From positions 4,672,001-4,736,000 of the forward strand of contig OZ240248.1 of NCBI GenBank assembly GCA_965198235.1: DNA of 64,000 bases, given 5' to 3'. The position numbers were made by a program, and so were the translations under genes. The notes beneath the pieces were generated by a model that saw only the letters and a list, made by a program, of their open reading frames with translations, ran no database searches and had not been told where the DNA came from. Numbering within the stretch: the first letter of the stretch is position 1; every line of letters starts with the position of its first letter. Origin of the DNA: Candidatus Poribacteria bacterium (lineage in GTDB: Bacteria; Poribacteria; WGA-4E; WGA-3G). Shown in pieces: positions 41,434 through 51,265 of the stretch.

Positions 41434-42567
41434 ATGAAGTTTTTTAAGATACTTTTTCTCGCAGCACTCAGTGCGATAATACTTACTGGATGCGAGAGGC
41501 AGCTTATATCACCGGTAGATCCTACTGGTCCCTCGCCAACCACTGCACAATTTGCGCAAAAGGCACTGTCGGACCTTGATGACACTGCAACTAAACACGG
41601 ACTCGTAGGTCTCGCAAACGCAGCAAGCGGAGTCGCAGAAATACTCGCAATTGAAGATGGTACTTCAGTGTACTCGACTTACTCAAGAATTGTTAGGCTT
41701 GCTCGGTCAGCAACTGTCTTGGCGCAAGAATTCGTTAAAGCAGGATGCGAAGTAGAATTGCAAGAATTTGCTGAAGCGTCCGTAAACGCAGTAAAAGCCT
41801 ATACAATAAGGGATGCAGATGACATGGAACAAGCATTGCAAAACCTTGCACAAGAGGCAGTAACAGCGAAAAAGCTATTGCAGCAGTTGCCAACTAATGA
41901 CACCTTCATTCCCTTCGCCTTCGGGTACGATTCTACCCCTTATGGAACCAACTTCCCCTATATCTCCAATGAAATATTGGTAGAGTATAACGATACAATT
42001 CGACCGGTGACCGAAACACGTACAGCTGTAATAGAGTTTCTGACCCTTAAAGGCTACATAGTGAAAGTAAGGACACACCTTAGGTTTGATCAGATATCTT
42101 TAGATGTGGGTGTCGATCCTCTTTTTCTTGGAGAAGGATTGATCAAAAAAATTCCCGGCGTTGGGTTTGTGCAGCCCAATTATCTTTACGAAACAACTGA
42201 GGTTAGACCCCGGCCTCCTAACGTTGTAATAACAAGTCGAATAATACATCAGGTGAGGACCAGATACAATAAAGCTTGGTGTCAGGGCAACTTTGACGTT
42301 ATAGACAGTATTTTAATTGAAGAAAGTGAGTTGGATTTCTTTGATTATTCTTTCGTTCGTAACCTTGCAGACATCTATGCAGAAGAAATTCCCGAAGCTG
42401 CTGAACGTATTCAAACAAATAGATTCTCCCCCCGTCTAATCGCAATAAAATTCTTAGAGATCTACTTCCGAGATTCGGAGAAAACTCTCGACGAAATTAT
42501 TGAACGCTTCCGGCAATCTGTCAGGATCGGAGGGGTGTGGGTATCGGATGTGTTATCGTACTTATGA
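41434..42567 (+). CDS. Hypothetical lipoprotein
   Basis: Lipobox LTGC; 377 aa; central segment resembles a subtilase pro-domain. Confidence 0.65.
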   Translation: MKFFKILFLAALSAIILTGCERQLISPVDPTGPSPTTAQFAQKALSDLDDTATKHGLVGLANAASGVAEILAIEDGTSVYSTYSRIVRLARSATVLAQEFVKAGCEVELQEFAEASVNAVKAYTIRDADDMEQALQNLAQEAVTAKKLLQQLPTNDTFIPFAFGYDSTPYGTNFPYISNEILVEYNDTIRPVTETRTAVIEFLTLKGYIVKVRTHLRFDQISLDVGVDPLFLGEGLIKKIPGVGFVQPNYLYETTEVRPRPPNVVITSRIIHQVRTRYNKAWCQGNFDVIDSILIEESELDFFDYSFVRNLADIYAEEIPEAAERIQTNRFSPRLIAIKFLEIYFRDSEKTLDEIIERFRQSVRIGGVWVSDVLSYL

Positions 42568-42628
42568 CGTTTTACCCCAATTACCGTATCACTGATTATT
42601 GGGATTAAAAAATTATGGAGGCTTCATA

Positions 42629-44266
42629 ATGCAATCTCCACACGGTATTACTGCTTCAGCGTTTCGTCCCTCTGTGATGGGAAGAAACGGCATGGTTACA
42701 TCTGGACAGGTCCTTGCCTCGCAAGCAGGCATTCAGACAATGATGGCGGGAGGCAATGCTGTTGATGCGGCTGTTGCAACTGCTGCCGCACTCGGTATGG
42801 TTGAACCTGCTGGCTCTGGGGTCGGTGGCGACGGCTTTATTCTCATCTATTGGGCGGAAACCGGGAAGGTCGAGGCGGTGAATGGAACTGGACCCGCACC
42901 GCGTGCCGCAACCCGGGAAACTTACATTAAAGACGGTGGAATCCCAATGAAAGGGATGCGAAGTGTTTCGGTGCCAGGGATCGTTGACGCATGGCTCCTC
43001 GCACACGAACGCTACGGGGCACTCAAATTAGAGGATGTTTTCTCACCAGCAATTTCGCTCTGCGAGGAAGGGTTTCCGGTGAGTCATAGACTTGCGGGTG
43101 GGCTTAAAGGCGAGAACGCTCGCTTTGCCGCCGAACCAGATTCGCGCGCTGTCTTTACAAACAATGGGGAACCGATCGCCGCAGGTCAATTCCTTGCGAA
43201 TCCCAATCTCAGCACCACACTCCGAAAGATCGCAAAACACGGCAGAGACGCGTTATATAAAGGCGAGATCGCTAAAACCATCGGTGAATTCAGCCGCGCA
43301 TACGATGGACTCTTAACAGCCGAGGATCTCGCGAACTATCACGCACACTGGGCTGAGCCGATACACGTCAACTACCGTGGGTACGAGGTTTATGAGATGC
43401 CTCCCAACTCAAGCGGGCATATCTTACTTCAAGAATTAAACATGGTTGAGTTATTTGATTTGCAAACCTTAGGGTGTAATACCGCCGAAAGTGTGCATCT
43501 GATGGTTGAGGCGAAAAAACTCGCCTTCGCTGATCGGGAAAAGTATATGGCGGATCCAGAGTGGGTGGATGTTCCTATGGAAGGAATGTTATCTAAATCC
43601 TATGCCGCTGAACAAGCAGAACGTATCGACTTAGATAAGGCGGCTTTTGATGTTCCAGCAGGCGGTCCAGAGGCACACGAAGATACAACCTGTTTCTGCA
43701 CCGCGGACCGGGCAGGAAATCTCGTTTGTATCCTGCAGAGTATCCAGTCAGGGTTCGGCTCCAGCCTCATTGCGGGTGACACAGGTATCCTCTTGAACAA
43801 TCGCATGACTTATTGGCATTTGGAAGAGGGACATCCGAACTGTTTGATGCCGGGTAAACGCGTTCGCCACACCATGAACCCCGTCATTGCTACAAAGGAT
43901 GGTCGACCGTTCTTAGCGTGTGGCACTCCTGGAGCAGATACACAGGTCCAAACGAATCTACAGCTTGTTACCCATATGCTTGATTTCGGAATGACACCGC
44001 AGGAAGCGGTCTCTGCTCCGCGCTGGCGGAGTTTACAGAACCCGATGGAATCCACTATCCCACACACTTGCTCCAATGATCTCCAGTTAGAAACCCGATT
44101 CCCTTCAGATACCAAGGAGGGTTTGGAGAAGAGAGGACATGAACTTCAAATCGTCGGAGATTGGGGTGGTCCGGGGAGTGCTCAGGCTATCATGGTTCAT
44201 CCGGAATCTGGAGCACTCATCGGGGGTTCTGATCCGAGAACAGATGGGTATGCCGTCACTTTTTAG
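42629..44266 (+). CDS. ggt: Gamma-glutamyltransferase family protein
   Basis: GGNAVDAA, SGVGGDGF, DTT nucleophile, LNNRM and GGSDPRTDG. Confidence 0.95.
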   Translation: MQSPHGITASAFRPSVMGRNGMVTSGQVLASQAGIQTMMAGGNAVDAAVATAAALGMVEPAGSGVGGDGFILIYWAETGKVEAVNGTGPAPRAATRETYIKDGGIPMKGMRSVSVPGIVDAWLLAHERYGALKLEDVFSPAISLCEEGFPVSHRLAGGLKGENARFAAEPDSRAVFTNNGEPIAAGQFLANPNLSTTLRKIAKHGRDALYKGEIAKTIGEFSRAYDGLLTAEDLANYHAHWAEPIHVNYRGYEVYEMPPNSSGHILLQELNMVELFDLQTLGCNTAESVHLMVEAKKLAFADREKYMADPEWVDVPMEGMLSKSYAAEQAERIDLDKAAFDVPAGGPEAHEDTTCFCTADRAGNLVCILQSIQSGFGSSLIAGDTGILLNNRMTYWHLEEGHPNCLMPGKRVRHTMNPVIATKDGRPFLACGTPGADTQVQTNLQLVTHMLDFGMTPQEAVSAPRWRSLQNPMESTIPHTCSNDLQLETRFPSDTKEGLEKRGHELQIVGDWGGPGSAQAIMVHPESGALIGGSDPRTDGYAVTF

Positions 44267-44307
44267 CCTATCTTTGGAGAGTTCATAGCGAGGACACAAT
44301 TAAAAAA

Positions 44308-45360
44308 ATGAAAATATTAGTTACAGGCGGTACGGGCCGCATCGGATCCAATCTCGTCAACAAATTATTGGAAAAGGGACACGATATCCGCAGTTTTGTC
44401 TATCCGGGGGATGTCAATCGTGTCGGACGATGGGATGGCACTGAACGCGTAGAGACCGTCCTTGGTGACTTGCGGGAATACGAGGATGTCAAAAAAGCCG
44501 TTGAGGGGGTAGATGCCATCTATCACATCGCTGCAGCATTCGGCGGTCCGTTTGATAATCGTCAGTACTTGGCAATCAACGGCATGGGGACGCTTAATAT
44601 ATTGGAGTGCATCCGCGAATTCAATCCGAACATTCATCGCCTTGTTTATGCCTGTACCGAAGCGATTTATTGGGAACTCACTGAAAAAGGTAGATTTTTC
44701 AATGAACTGATTACCGAGGACATGGTTGCCAAATACCATCACATGCCCTATTTCCTTACCAAATGGATTGGCGAGGAGCTGTGCATGAGCTATCATCACC
44801 AATATGGTGTGCCTTCAACAGTTTTTCGTTTCACAACGGTTATTGAACCGAGTGAATATCTCAACGAAGATGGCTTACCGAAGCAATTCGTCTTTAGTAA
44901 TATCTATAATCGATACAAGAATTATACCGGCGATGATCCTGCTGAGTTAGAGGCGGCAAATGCCGTTAAACGTCTCTGGGATGGGCAGGAGAAATTCATA
45001 CTCAAACGCAATCCTGACGGACGCCCCTACAAGGAGCATTTCACTGATGTCCGGGATATTGTACAAGGGTTGGTTTTAGGGATCGAAAAGGATGCTGCTG
45101 TTGGTGAAGAATTCACACTCGGCGGAAATGGTATCTTCAAGCATGAAGAAGTTATCCCATACCTATGTGAACGTTACCAGATGGACTTTGTTGATGTGAA
45201 ACTCCCACAATCCCTCTATTTTGAATTTGATTTAAGCAAAATCAAAACGCTGTTAGACTTTGAACCACAACACAATTTAGCGAGTATCCTTGATGCTGCT
45301 GAAGCGATGCACCGTGGTGAAGATGCAGGCATCATTCCGACAGGCGTTCGGTGGACTTAA
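44308..45360 (+). CDS. NAD-dependent epimerase/dehydratase
   Basis: VTGGTGRIG; YFLTK (YxxxK). Confidence 0.9.
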   Translation: MKILVTGGTGRIGSNLVNKLLEKGHDIRSFVYPGDVNRVGRWDGTERVETVLGDLREYEDVKKAVEGVDAIYHIAAAFGGPFDNRQYLAINGMGTLNILECIREFNPNIHRLVYACTEAIYWELTEKGRFFNELITEDMVAKYHHMPYFLTKWIGEELCMSYHHQYGVPSTVFRFTTVIEPSEYLNEDGLPKQFVFSNIYNRYKNYTGDDPAELEAANAVKRLWDGQEKFILKRNPDGRPYKEHFTDVRDIVQGLVLGIEKDAAVGEEFTLGGNGIFKHEEVIPYLCERYQMDFVDVKLPQSLYFEFDLSKIKTLLDFEPQHNLASILDAAEAMHRGEDAGIIPTGVRWT

Positions 45361-45559
45361 TATCTGCTTTTCAGCAATTCTTGTATAGGAACAATCTCCG
45401 AATCACTGTTTCATGGCTCTGCAGATTTCCTTGATGTCTTGTAAATAATGGGTTAAACTTAAATTGCTTAGAAGTTAGGCGCATTAATTTCCGGTAGATG
45501 TGCTTTGTAAGTCTGACGGTTGAACCTAATCAAACCTGAGGTTCGGAGATTTATTTATC

Positions 45560-47203
45560 GTGAAAACCTCTCTTGGCATATCCTTACTTTTCTTATTCGC
45601 TTTTGCCTGCTTGATGCTCAGTTGCACGAAGACTACGGTCGCGCCGACACGGCAGGTTTCATCAAGCACGAAACACCTTGATCGGTATATTAACGCCGTG
45701 CTTAAGAGGAAAGGTATTCAATCCTCAAAGATGTCAGAAGATACAGAGTTTTTGCGCCGGGTCCATCTTGATCTGACCGGTAAAATTCCAACTCCTGAAG
45801 AGGTCTCGGATTTTCTCAAAGACGGTTCTTCAAGCAAACGCCAGAAGAAGATTAATCAGTTGCTGGCGAGTGACACCTACTTGAACTATTGGACTGGGTT
45901 ATGGGTGAACTGGTTAATCGGTAGACGTGAAGATGGTGATGATCGACGCATCGGATTAACGTTTTGGGTGCGGGATGCCTTGATGAAAAATATGCCGTAC
46001 AATCAGTTCGTTCAGGAACTCATCGCGGCTGATGGCGAATTACGGGACAACGGCGCAGGAAACTATATCATGCGTTACGAACGTTCGCCGGTCTTTCTAA
46101 CTTCACATACCTCGCGTCTTTTCTTGGGACTCTCTATGCAGTGTGCGGAATGCCACGATCATAAAACAGAGGTGTGGAGCCAAGAGGATTTCTACGGTAT
46201 TGCTGCCTTTTTTGCTGGTATTGATAGTCAGCGGAAGGGAGACATCCAGACAATGGATATAGTAGGTAATGAGAGAAGGATGGATAATTTTCTCATTACT
46301 AACAAACCGGAAAGTTCGATTTGGGTGAAAAGGCTTGAAAAACAGGTCTGGCCTCACTTCTTAGATGGGACGGAATACAAAGGTCCGCTCCTCAAAAAGC
46401 GAGAGGCACTCGCGCAGTGGATGACTGATAAATCAAACTCCTATTTTAGTCAAGCAATCGTAAATCGCATCTGGAAACGCTTTATGGGACGTGCTTTTGT
46501 CGAACCGGTTGATGGATTCGGAGAAGAAAACCAGCCTACGAATCCTGAACTCTTGAAATGGCTCGCAAATGATTTCGTCATTCACGGCTACGATTTACAA
46601 CATTTGATGCGGACAATCCTGAACTCAGAGACATATCAACGCACATCACAGACGAATGAAAGCAACAAAGATGATCAACTCTATTATTCGCACGCGTATG
46701 TGAAACCCTTAAGTGCTGAGCAGTTCTTTTATTCCCTGCTGCAAGCCACTGGTTTTGAGAGACTTCAACAGGTCAGAATGAAAGGTATCAAGAAGCGGGG
46801 CGGCGAAGACAGGAAGGGTATGCTGCGTCAACTTGAGCGGATGAAACGTGAGCATCTCAAAAAGTTCCTCTTTCTCCTCGATAATGGCGAGATGGAAGAA
46901 ATTGAGGCGTTTAATGGAACAATCCCGCAAGCACTCATGATGATTAATGGGGATATGGTAAACGATAGCGCGAGTCATGAAGAACGCGGGAGTTTTGTAA
47001 ATTACGTATTAGGAAAATGGCGCGAGCCTATTGAACGGATGGAGCATATCTATCTCAATGTGCTATCTCGGTTGCCAACAGCTAAAGAAAAAACCTACTT
47101 TAGACGCTATTTAGAGCGTAGTCTTTATCGAAACAAGGACTTGGCTTACGAAGACCTCTATTGGGTCTTATTGAATTCAGCCGAGTTCTCACTCAACCAT
47201 TAA
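45560..47203 (+). CDS. DUF1549/DUF1553 planctomycete-type cytochrome c-like lipoprotein
   Basis: FLRRVHLDLTG, CAECH heme motif, VNRIW and LLNSAEF. Confidence 0.9.
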   Translation: MKTSLGISLLFLFAFACLMLSCTKTTVAPTRQVSSSTKHLDRYINAVLKRKGIQSSKMSEDTEFLRRVHLDLTGKIPTPEEVSDFLKDGSSSKRQKKINQLLASDTYLNYWTGLWVNWLIGRREDGDDRRIGLTFWVRDALMKNMPYNQFVQELIAADGELRDNGAGNYIMRYERSPVFLTSHTSRLFLGLSMQCAECHDHKTEVWSQEDFYGIAAFFAGIDSQRKGDIQTMDIVGNERRMDNFLITNKPESSIWVKRLEKQVWPHFLDGTEYKGPLLKKREALAQWMTDKSNSYFSQAIVNRIWKRFMGRAFVEPVDGFGEENQPTNPELLKWLANDFVIHGYDLQHLMRTILNSETYQRTSQTNESNKDDQLYYSHAYVKPLSAEQFFYSLLQATGFERLQQVRMKGIKKRGGEDRKGMLRQLERMKREHLKKFLFLLDNGEMEEIEAFNGTIPQALMMINGDMVNDSASHEERGSFVNYVLGKWREPIERMEHIYLNVLSRLPTAKEKTYFRRYLERSLYRNKDLAYEDLYWVLLNSAEFSLNH

Positions 47204-47267
47204 CTCGTTAACTGTGTACTTCGAGGCTACGTCCCAAGCAGGTACACACTAAAAGGAGAATTTTATT

Positions 47268-47990
47268 ATGAACAGCCGTAACCTGTTCATTGCTATTTGT
47301 ATAATTACGTTTGGCATCGCTGCGCTTGCGATGTCGCAAACCTATTTTGAGGATAATTTCGATGATCCGAAAGAATCTGAAAAAAAATGGGTCGCCCTCT
47401 TCGGGGAATGGGAGCTCAAGGACGATGAATACCACCAGCTCCAAAATACCCCTAACTGCATGAGTGTCGTCGCTGATGAATTCTGGGAGGACGACTGGAG
47501 CGATTACACCTTTGAGGTCCGAGGGAGCAAAGTCAGTGGTGCCGAGGGGTTCCTGATTATGTTTCGGTGCCAAGGATTGATGCAAGCCCGCGGGCAAGCT
47601 CTTGAAGACCCTCCGCCACGTATGGAGAAACTCAAACCTTCATTGGAGTACTGGTGGAACCTTGGCGGCTGGGGAAACTCACGCTCACAGGTTGAATCGT
47701 GGGGTGGCAAAGCCGGTGCGAATAGTGCTCACACCATTGATGAGAAGGATTGGTATAACATCAAGATTGTCAATACGCCCGATAGTTACACAGTCATTCT
47801 CAACGATGAAGAAGTCGCAGAGGTGGACGATGATACCGAGGGCGGTGTCGGGCGAATTGGCTTGGCAACCTGGAGGACGGTTGCGAAGTATGACGATGTT
47901 GTTGTTTACGGACCTGATGGTCCCTCGCTACCAGTTGATGCGAAGAGCAAACTCGCGACGACTTGGGGACATCTTAAATCCGTAAAGTAG
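47268..47990 (+). CDS. Secreted lectin-like (DUF1080/LamG-like) protein with KLATTW C-terminal tail
   Basis: Signal peptide; DWSDYTFE, WYNIKI, GRIGL; ends PVDAKSKLATTWGHLK. Confidence 0.7.
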   Translation: MNSRNLFIAICIITFGIAALAMSQTYFEDNFDDPKESEKKWVALFGEWELKDDEYHQLQNTPNCMSVVADEFWEDDWSDYTFEVRGSKVSGAEGFLIMFRCQGLMQARGQALEDPPPRMEKLKPSLEYWWNLGGWGNSRSQVESWGGKAGANSAHTIDEKDWYNIKIVNTPDSYTVILNDEEVAEVDDDTEGGVGRIGLATWRTVAKYDDVVVYGPDGPSLPVDAKSKLATTWGHLKSVK

Positions 47991-48013
47991 TTTTTGAACA
48001 CTGTTATGAATTA

Positions 48014-48046
48014 GAGCGCGGGGTTTTGCTGCCTCGCGTTCCTTTT
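48014..48046 (+). terminator. Putative terminator hairpin
   Basis: GAGCGCGGGG/CCTCGCGTTC stem followed by TTTT. Confidence 0.45.
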
Positions 48047-48108
48047 ATTGGGATAGTTGTAAATCTTTTATAGGGGATTTTGAAAACCTGAAGGTTACGC
48101 TGAAAAGT

Positions 48109-50052
48109 ATGCCAAGGCACTCCCAGACCGAACTCTCCATACCCACCTACCATACTGTCGTCTCAACCCCTCATGGACGGATAGGTGAACTCAGGCTGAG
48201 TACCAACAATAGAAAGCTTGAAACGCCAGTGCTATATCCTGTCATTAACTTTCTGACGGGGACGAGTACGCGTGGGGGGGGTGTTTGGAAATATATTCTA
48301 AAGATTCTGATGCAGCGCCAGACACCTATGCTGTCTCAGATCTTACATTTTCTCGATTTCCCACTCACTGGACGCTATCTTGAAAATTGGCGTGGAAAGT
48401 CGATGCGCGAGCATTATCGTGAACAGAATGGTGTGTATGAAGGTACTCTCTTCTTAGATTCCGGTGGCTTCAAACTCCTCTACAACACCGGTATGGATCT
48501 GCAAGAATTTGGAATTCACAAGGAAACAGAGGCAGAGGACATTCTCAATCTCCAATTAGGCTTTGAAGGCGATATAGTCGCCTCTTTGGACTACCCGCTC
48601 CCACCCAACTTGGCGCGTCCTGAAGCTGAAGCACGGATGAAACAGAGTCGCGCAAACGCGGTCCGGGTGGCAGAACGCTTGGCAACAAACACGAGCGAGA
48701 TGCGGACGGTGCCTTATCTTTACACCTGCTGTCACGGGCAATCTGGAGAGGACATCTCGGATTATGTGAGGCAACTCTTTGCCCAAATAGATGGCACATT
48801 ACCCTCATTCGGGTTGGCCGTCGGATCACTTGTGCCTTTACGTGGTAAAGACGATTCGGAAGTGATGGAACTGGTTAACGGTGTCGTCCAAGCAATCCCA
48901 GACGATCAGCGGGATACGACCCCTATTCACGCATTCGGTGTTTCAGGTGTTCTCACGCCACTCCTCGCTTATATCGGTGTTGACACGTTTGACAGTTCCG
49001 GCTACATACATACGTCTCGGAGTCTCACATATTCACAACCGCACACCCAGAAGAAACTCAGAATTATGGAGATGGATGAGACAGACTGCAACTGTTACAT
49101 CTGCGAAGCATACCCACTTCAGGAAATTCAGCAGGCGTTTATGGATAAACAGAGTTATAGAGCCACCTCAACAGGTAAGTTTAAGAGCGAGTACTATGCC
49201 GCTATTGGGCTTCATAACTTCCAGACAGAAGCCGATATTCTCGATGAGATGCGCACCGCAATTGCAGCAGACGATGCGCTTGAAGGTTTAGTCCGACACC
49301 TTGCTAAATACCAGAACTTCCGCGGTTTACGGCGGGCAACAGCATGGCTTTCCGAAAACGACAGGACGCTTGCAGCCCGATTGGCTCGAACGTTAACTCA
49401 GATGCCCACACCTATGAAAGCGAAGCACACGCGGCAGAACCTGAATCAGTTAGAACTCTTTCCATCTGATTACGGAAGAAAACCTGAGAACAAGATCCAA
49501 ACTGTCCAAGGAGATAGAGAGCCTCAAACGATCTCACTGGCATATACTCCTGATGATTTTCGAGTCCCTTGTGATTATAAACCGCCAGATGGAAAAGAAA
49601 TTCTCCTTGTGATTCCGTGTGCTGGAAAGAAACCTTACTCACTGTCTCGTACACACACGATGATCGCAAACAGACTTCAAACTGCTTTTGGGGAAAGACA
49701 GGAGCGTATTCACACAATAACGCTCTCTGGACTTTACGGTCCCGTTCCTGAAGAATTTGAGACAGAGGACGCTGTCACCCGCTACGATTTTCAGCTCTCT
49801 CATAAGAACACCGCCCAAATTGAACAGTGTGCAACGCGTCTGGTCGACTACCTACAGAAATATAGCGATAGTTATACGCTTAAAATAGGATACGCGACAA
49901 GTAGGGCGTACAGGAAGGTCTTTGGACTCGCAGAGGAGCGTTTTCCGACATTCATATTGTTGCCGAAAGAACTTAGACAGAAACGCTTAGCCGAATTCTT
50001 CAGACATACGAACTTAGATGCTTTGGTTGAGGTAATACGAGACAAATTATAG
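48109..50052 (+). CDS. tRNA-guanine transglycosylase-like domain fused to ArcS/DUF5591 domain
   Basis: LDSGGF, LDYP, HG, HAFG, DTFDSS, CNCYIC...HN; C-terminal PCAGKKPYSLSRTH and GPVPEE. Confidence 0.8.
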   Translation: MPRHSQTELSIPTYHTVVSTPHGRIGELRLSTNNRKLETPVLYPVINFLTGTSTRGGGVWKYILKILMQRQTPMLSQILHFLDFPLTGRYLENWRGKSMREHYREQNGVYEGTLFLDSGGFKLLYNTGMDLQEFGIHKETEAEDILNLQLGFEGDIVASLDYPLPPNLARPEAEARMKQSRANAVRVAERLATNTSEMRTVPYLYTCCHGQSGEDISDYVRQLFAQIDGTLPSFGLAVGSLVPLRGKDDSEVMELVNGVVQAIPDDQRDTTPIHAFGVSGVLTPLLAYIGVDTFDSSGYIHTSRSLTYSQPHTQKKLRIMEMDETDCNCYICEAYPLQEIQQAFMDKQSYRATSTGKFKSEYYAAIGLHNFQTEADILDEMRTAIAADDALEGLVRHLAKYQNFRGLRRATAWLSENDRTLAARLARTLTQMPTPMKAKHTRQNLNQLELFPSDYGRKPENKIQTVQGDREPQTISLAYTPDDFRVPCDYKPPDGKEILLVIPCAGKKPYSLSRTHTMIANRLQTAFGERQERIHTITLSGLYGPVPEEFETEDAVTRYDFQLSHKNTAQIEQCATRLVDYLQKYSDSYTLKIGYATSRAYRKVFGLAEERFPTFILLPKELRQKRLAEFFRHTNLDALVEVIRDKL

Positions 50053-50065
50053 GAACTGACAACAG

Positions 50066-51265
50066 ATGTTAAACTATTTTTTACCCCCACAAATTGAATT
50101 TGGCGACGGTGCAATCCAAAACTTAGGCGAACATGTCAAGGCATTTGATGGCAAAAAACCGTTCTTAGTGAGCGATGCCGGTGTCATCAATGCGGGTATC
50201 CTCGCGAAAGCGGCAGATGCCTTGGAGGCAAGCGGGTTATCGTCCGCTACGTATTCGGATATCGAACCGAATCCCACGGACATCAGTGTTACACACGGTA
50301 TAGAAGTTTACAAAGCTGAGGCGTGTGATGTCGTCATCGCTGTCGGGGGCGGAAGTGTGATGGATGCCGCCAAAGCCATCCGTCTCTTGACGACCCATGA
50401 ACCACCCGCTGGCGAGGGAACACCCAAGCAAAAACACCTCGCTCCATATTACGCTGATGTTGGTGGAGTCGAGCGAATCCGAGGCGATATGCCACCGCTA
50501 ATATGTGTACCAACGACTGCCGGCACGGGCAGTGAGGTGTCACAAGGCTCAATCATTACGGATACATCCCTACAGACAACCGATCGATGGCGGAAGCGTG
50601 CAATCGTTACGCCCTTCAACATGGCGAACATAGCACTCCTTGATCCGGGAATAACCCTCGGCATGCCACCTGCCCTTACTGCCGCGACCGGTATGGATGC
50701 GATTACACACGGTATCGAGGCGTATGCGGCGACGAAGTACCACCCTATTGCCGAGGGGGTTGCATTGCAGGCACTCAGAATGTTGAGTGCGAATATCCAA
50801 CAGGTTTATCACAATGGGGAAGATGTAACTGCACGAGGGGAAATGCTTCTCGGATCATGCATGGCGGCATTTTCGTTCCAGAAGGGGCTCGGTGCGGTCC
50901 ATTCGCTGGCGCACCAACTCTCTACAGATGCCCCCATTCCGCATGGTGTAGCGAACGCTATTCTCCTCCCTCCTGTCATGGAATTCAACTTTTCTCATGC
51001 GAGCGAGAAATACGCGGAAATCGCGCGTGCCTTAGGCATAGATACCAGTAACATGGATATCGACGAGGCAGGGCATGCTGCTATTGATAAAATCAGGGCG
51101 TACAACACGGAGTTGAATATGCCCGCGGGTCTCGGAGATGCTGGTTTAGACCGGGGAAAGATTCCAAAACTCGGAGCGGATGCCATGCTCGATCATTGTC
51201 ACAAATTCAATCCGAGGGTGTGTACAGAAGAGGATATGGTGACTTTATTTGAGGCGGCGTTCTAA
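50066..51265 (+). CDS. Iron-containing alcohol dehydrogenase
   Basis: GGGSVMD, PTTAGTGSE, DAITHGIE, HSLAH and HGVANA. Confidence 0.95.
   Translation: MLNYFLPPQIEFGDGAIQNLGEHVKAFDGKKPFLVSDAGVINAGILAKAADALEASGLSSATYSDIEPNPTDISVTHGIEVYKAEACDVVIAVGGGSVMDAAKAIRLLTTHEPPAGEGTPKQKHLAPYYADVGGVERIRGDMPPLICVPTTAGTGSEVSQGSIITDTSLQTTDRWRKRAIVTPFNMANIALLDPGITLGMPPALTAATGMDAITHGIEAYAATKYHPIAEGVALQALRMLSANIQQVYHNGEDVTARGEMLLGSCMAAFSFQKGLGAVHSLAHQLSTDAPIPHGVANAILLPPVMEFNFSHASEKYAEIARALGIDTSNMDIDEAGHAAIDKIRAYNTELNMPAGLGDAGLDRGKIPKLGADAMLDHCHKFNPRVCTEEDMVTLFEAAF
50408..50443 (+). repeat. REP-like element inside the ADH reading frame
   Basis: GCTGGCGAG-GGAACACCCAAGCAAAAAC-ACCTCGCT matches intergenic copies at 11665 and 54860. 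Confidence 0.7.
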
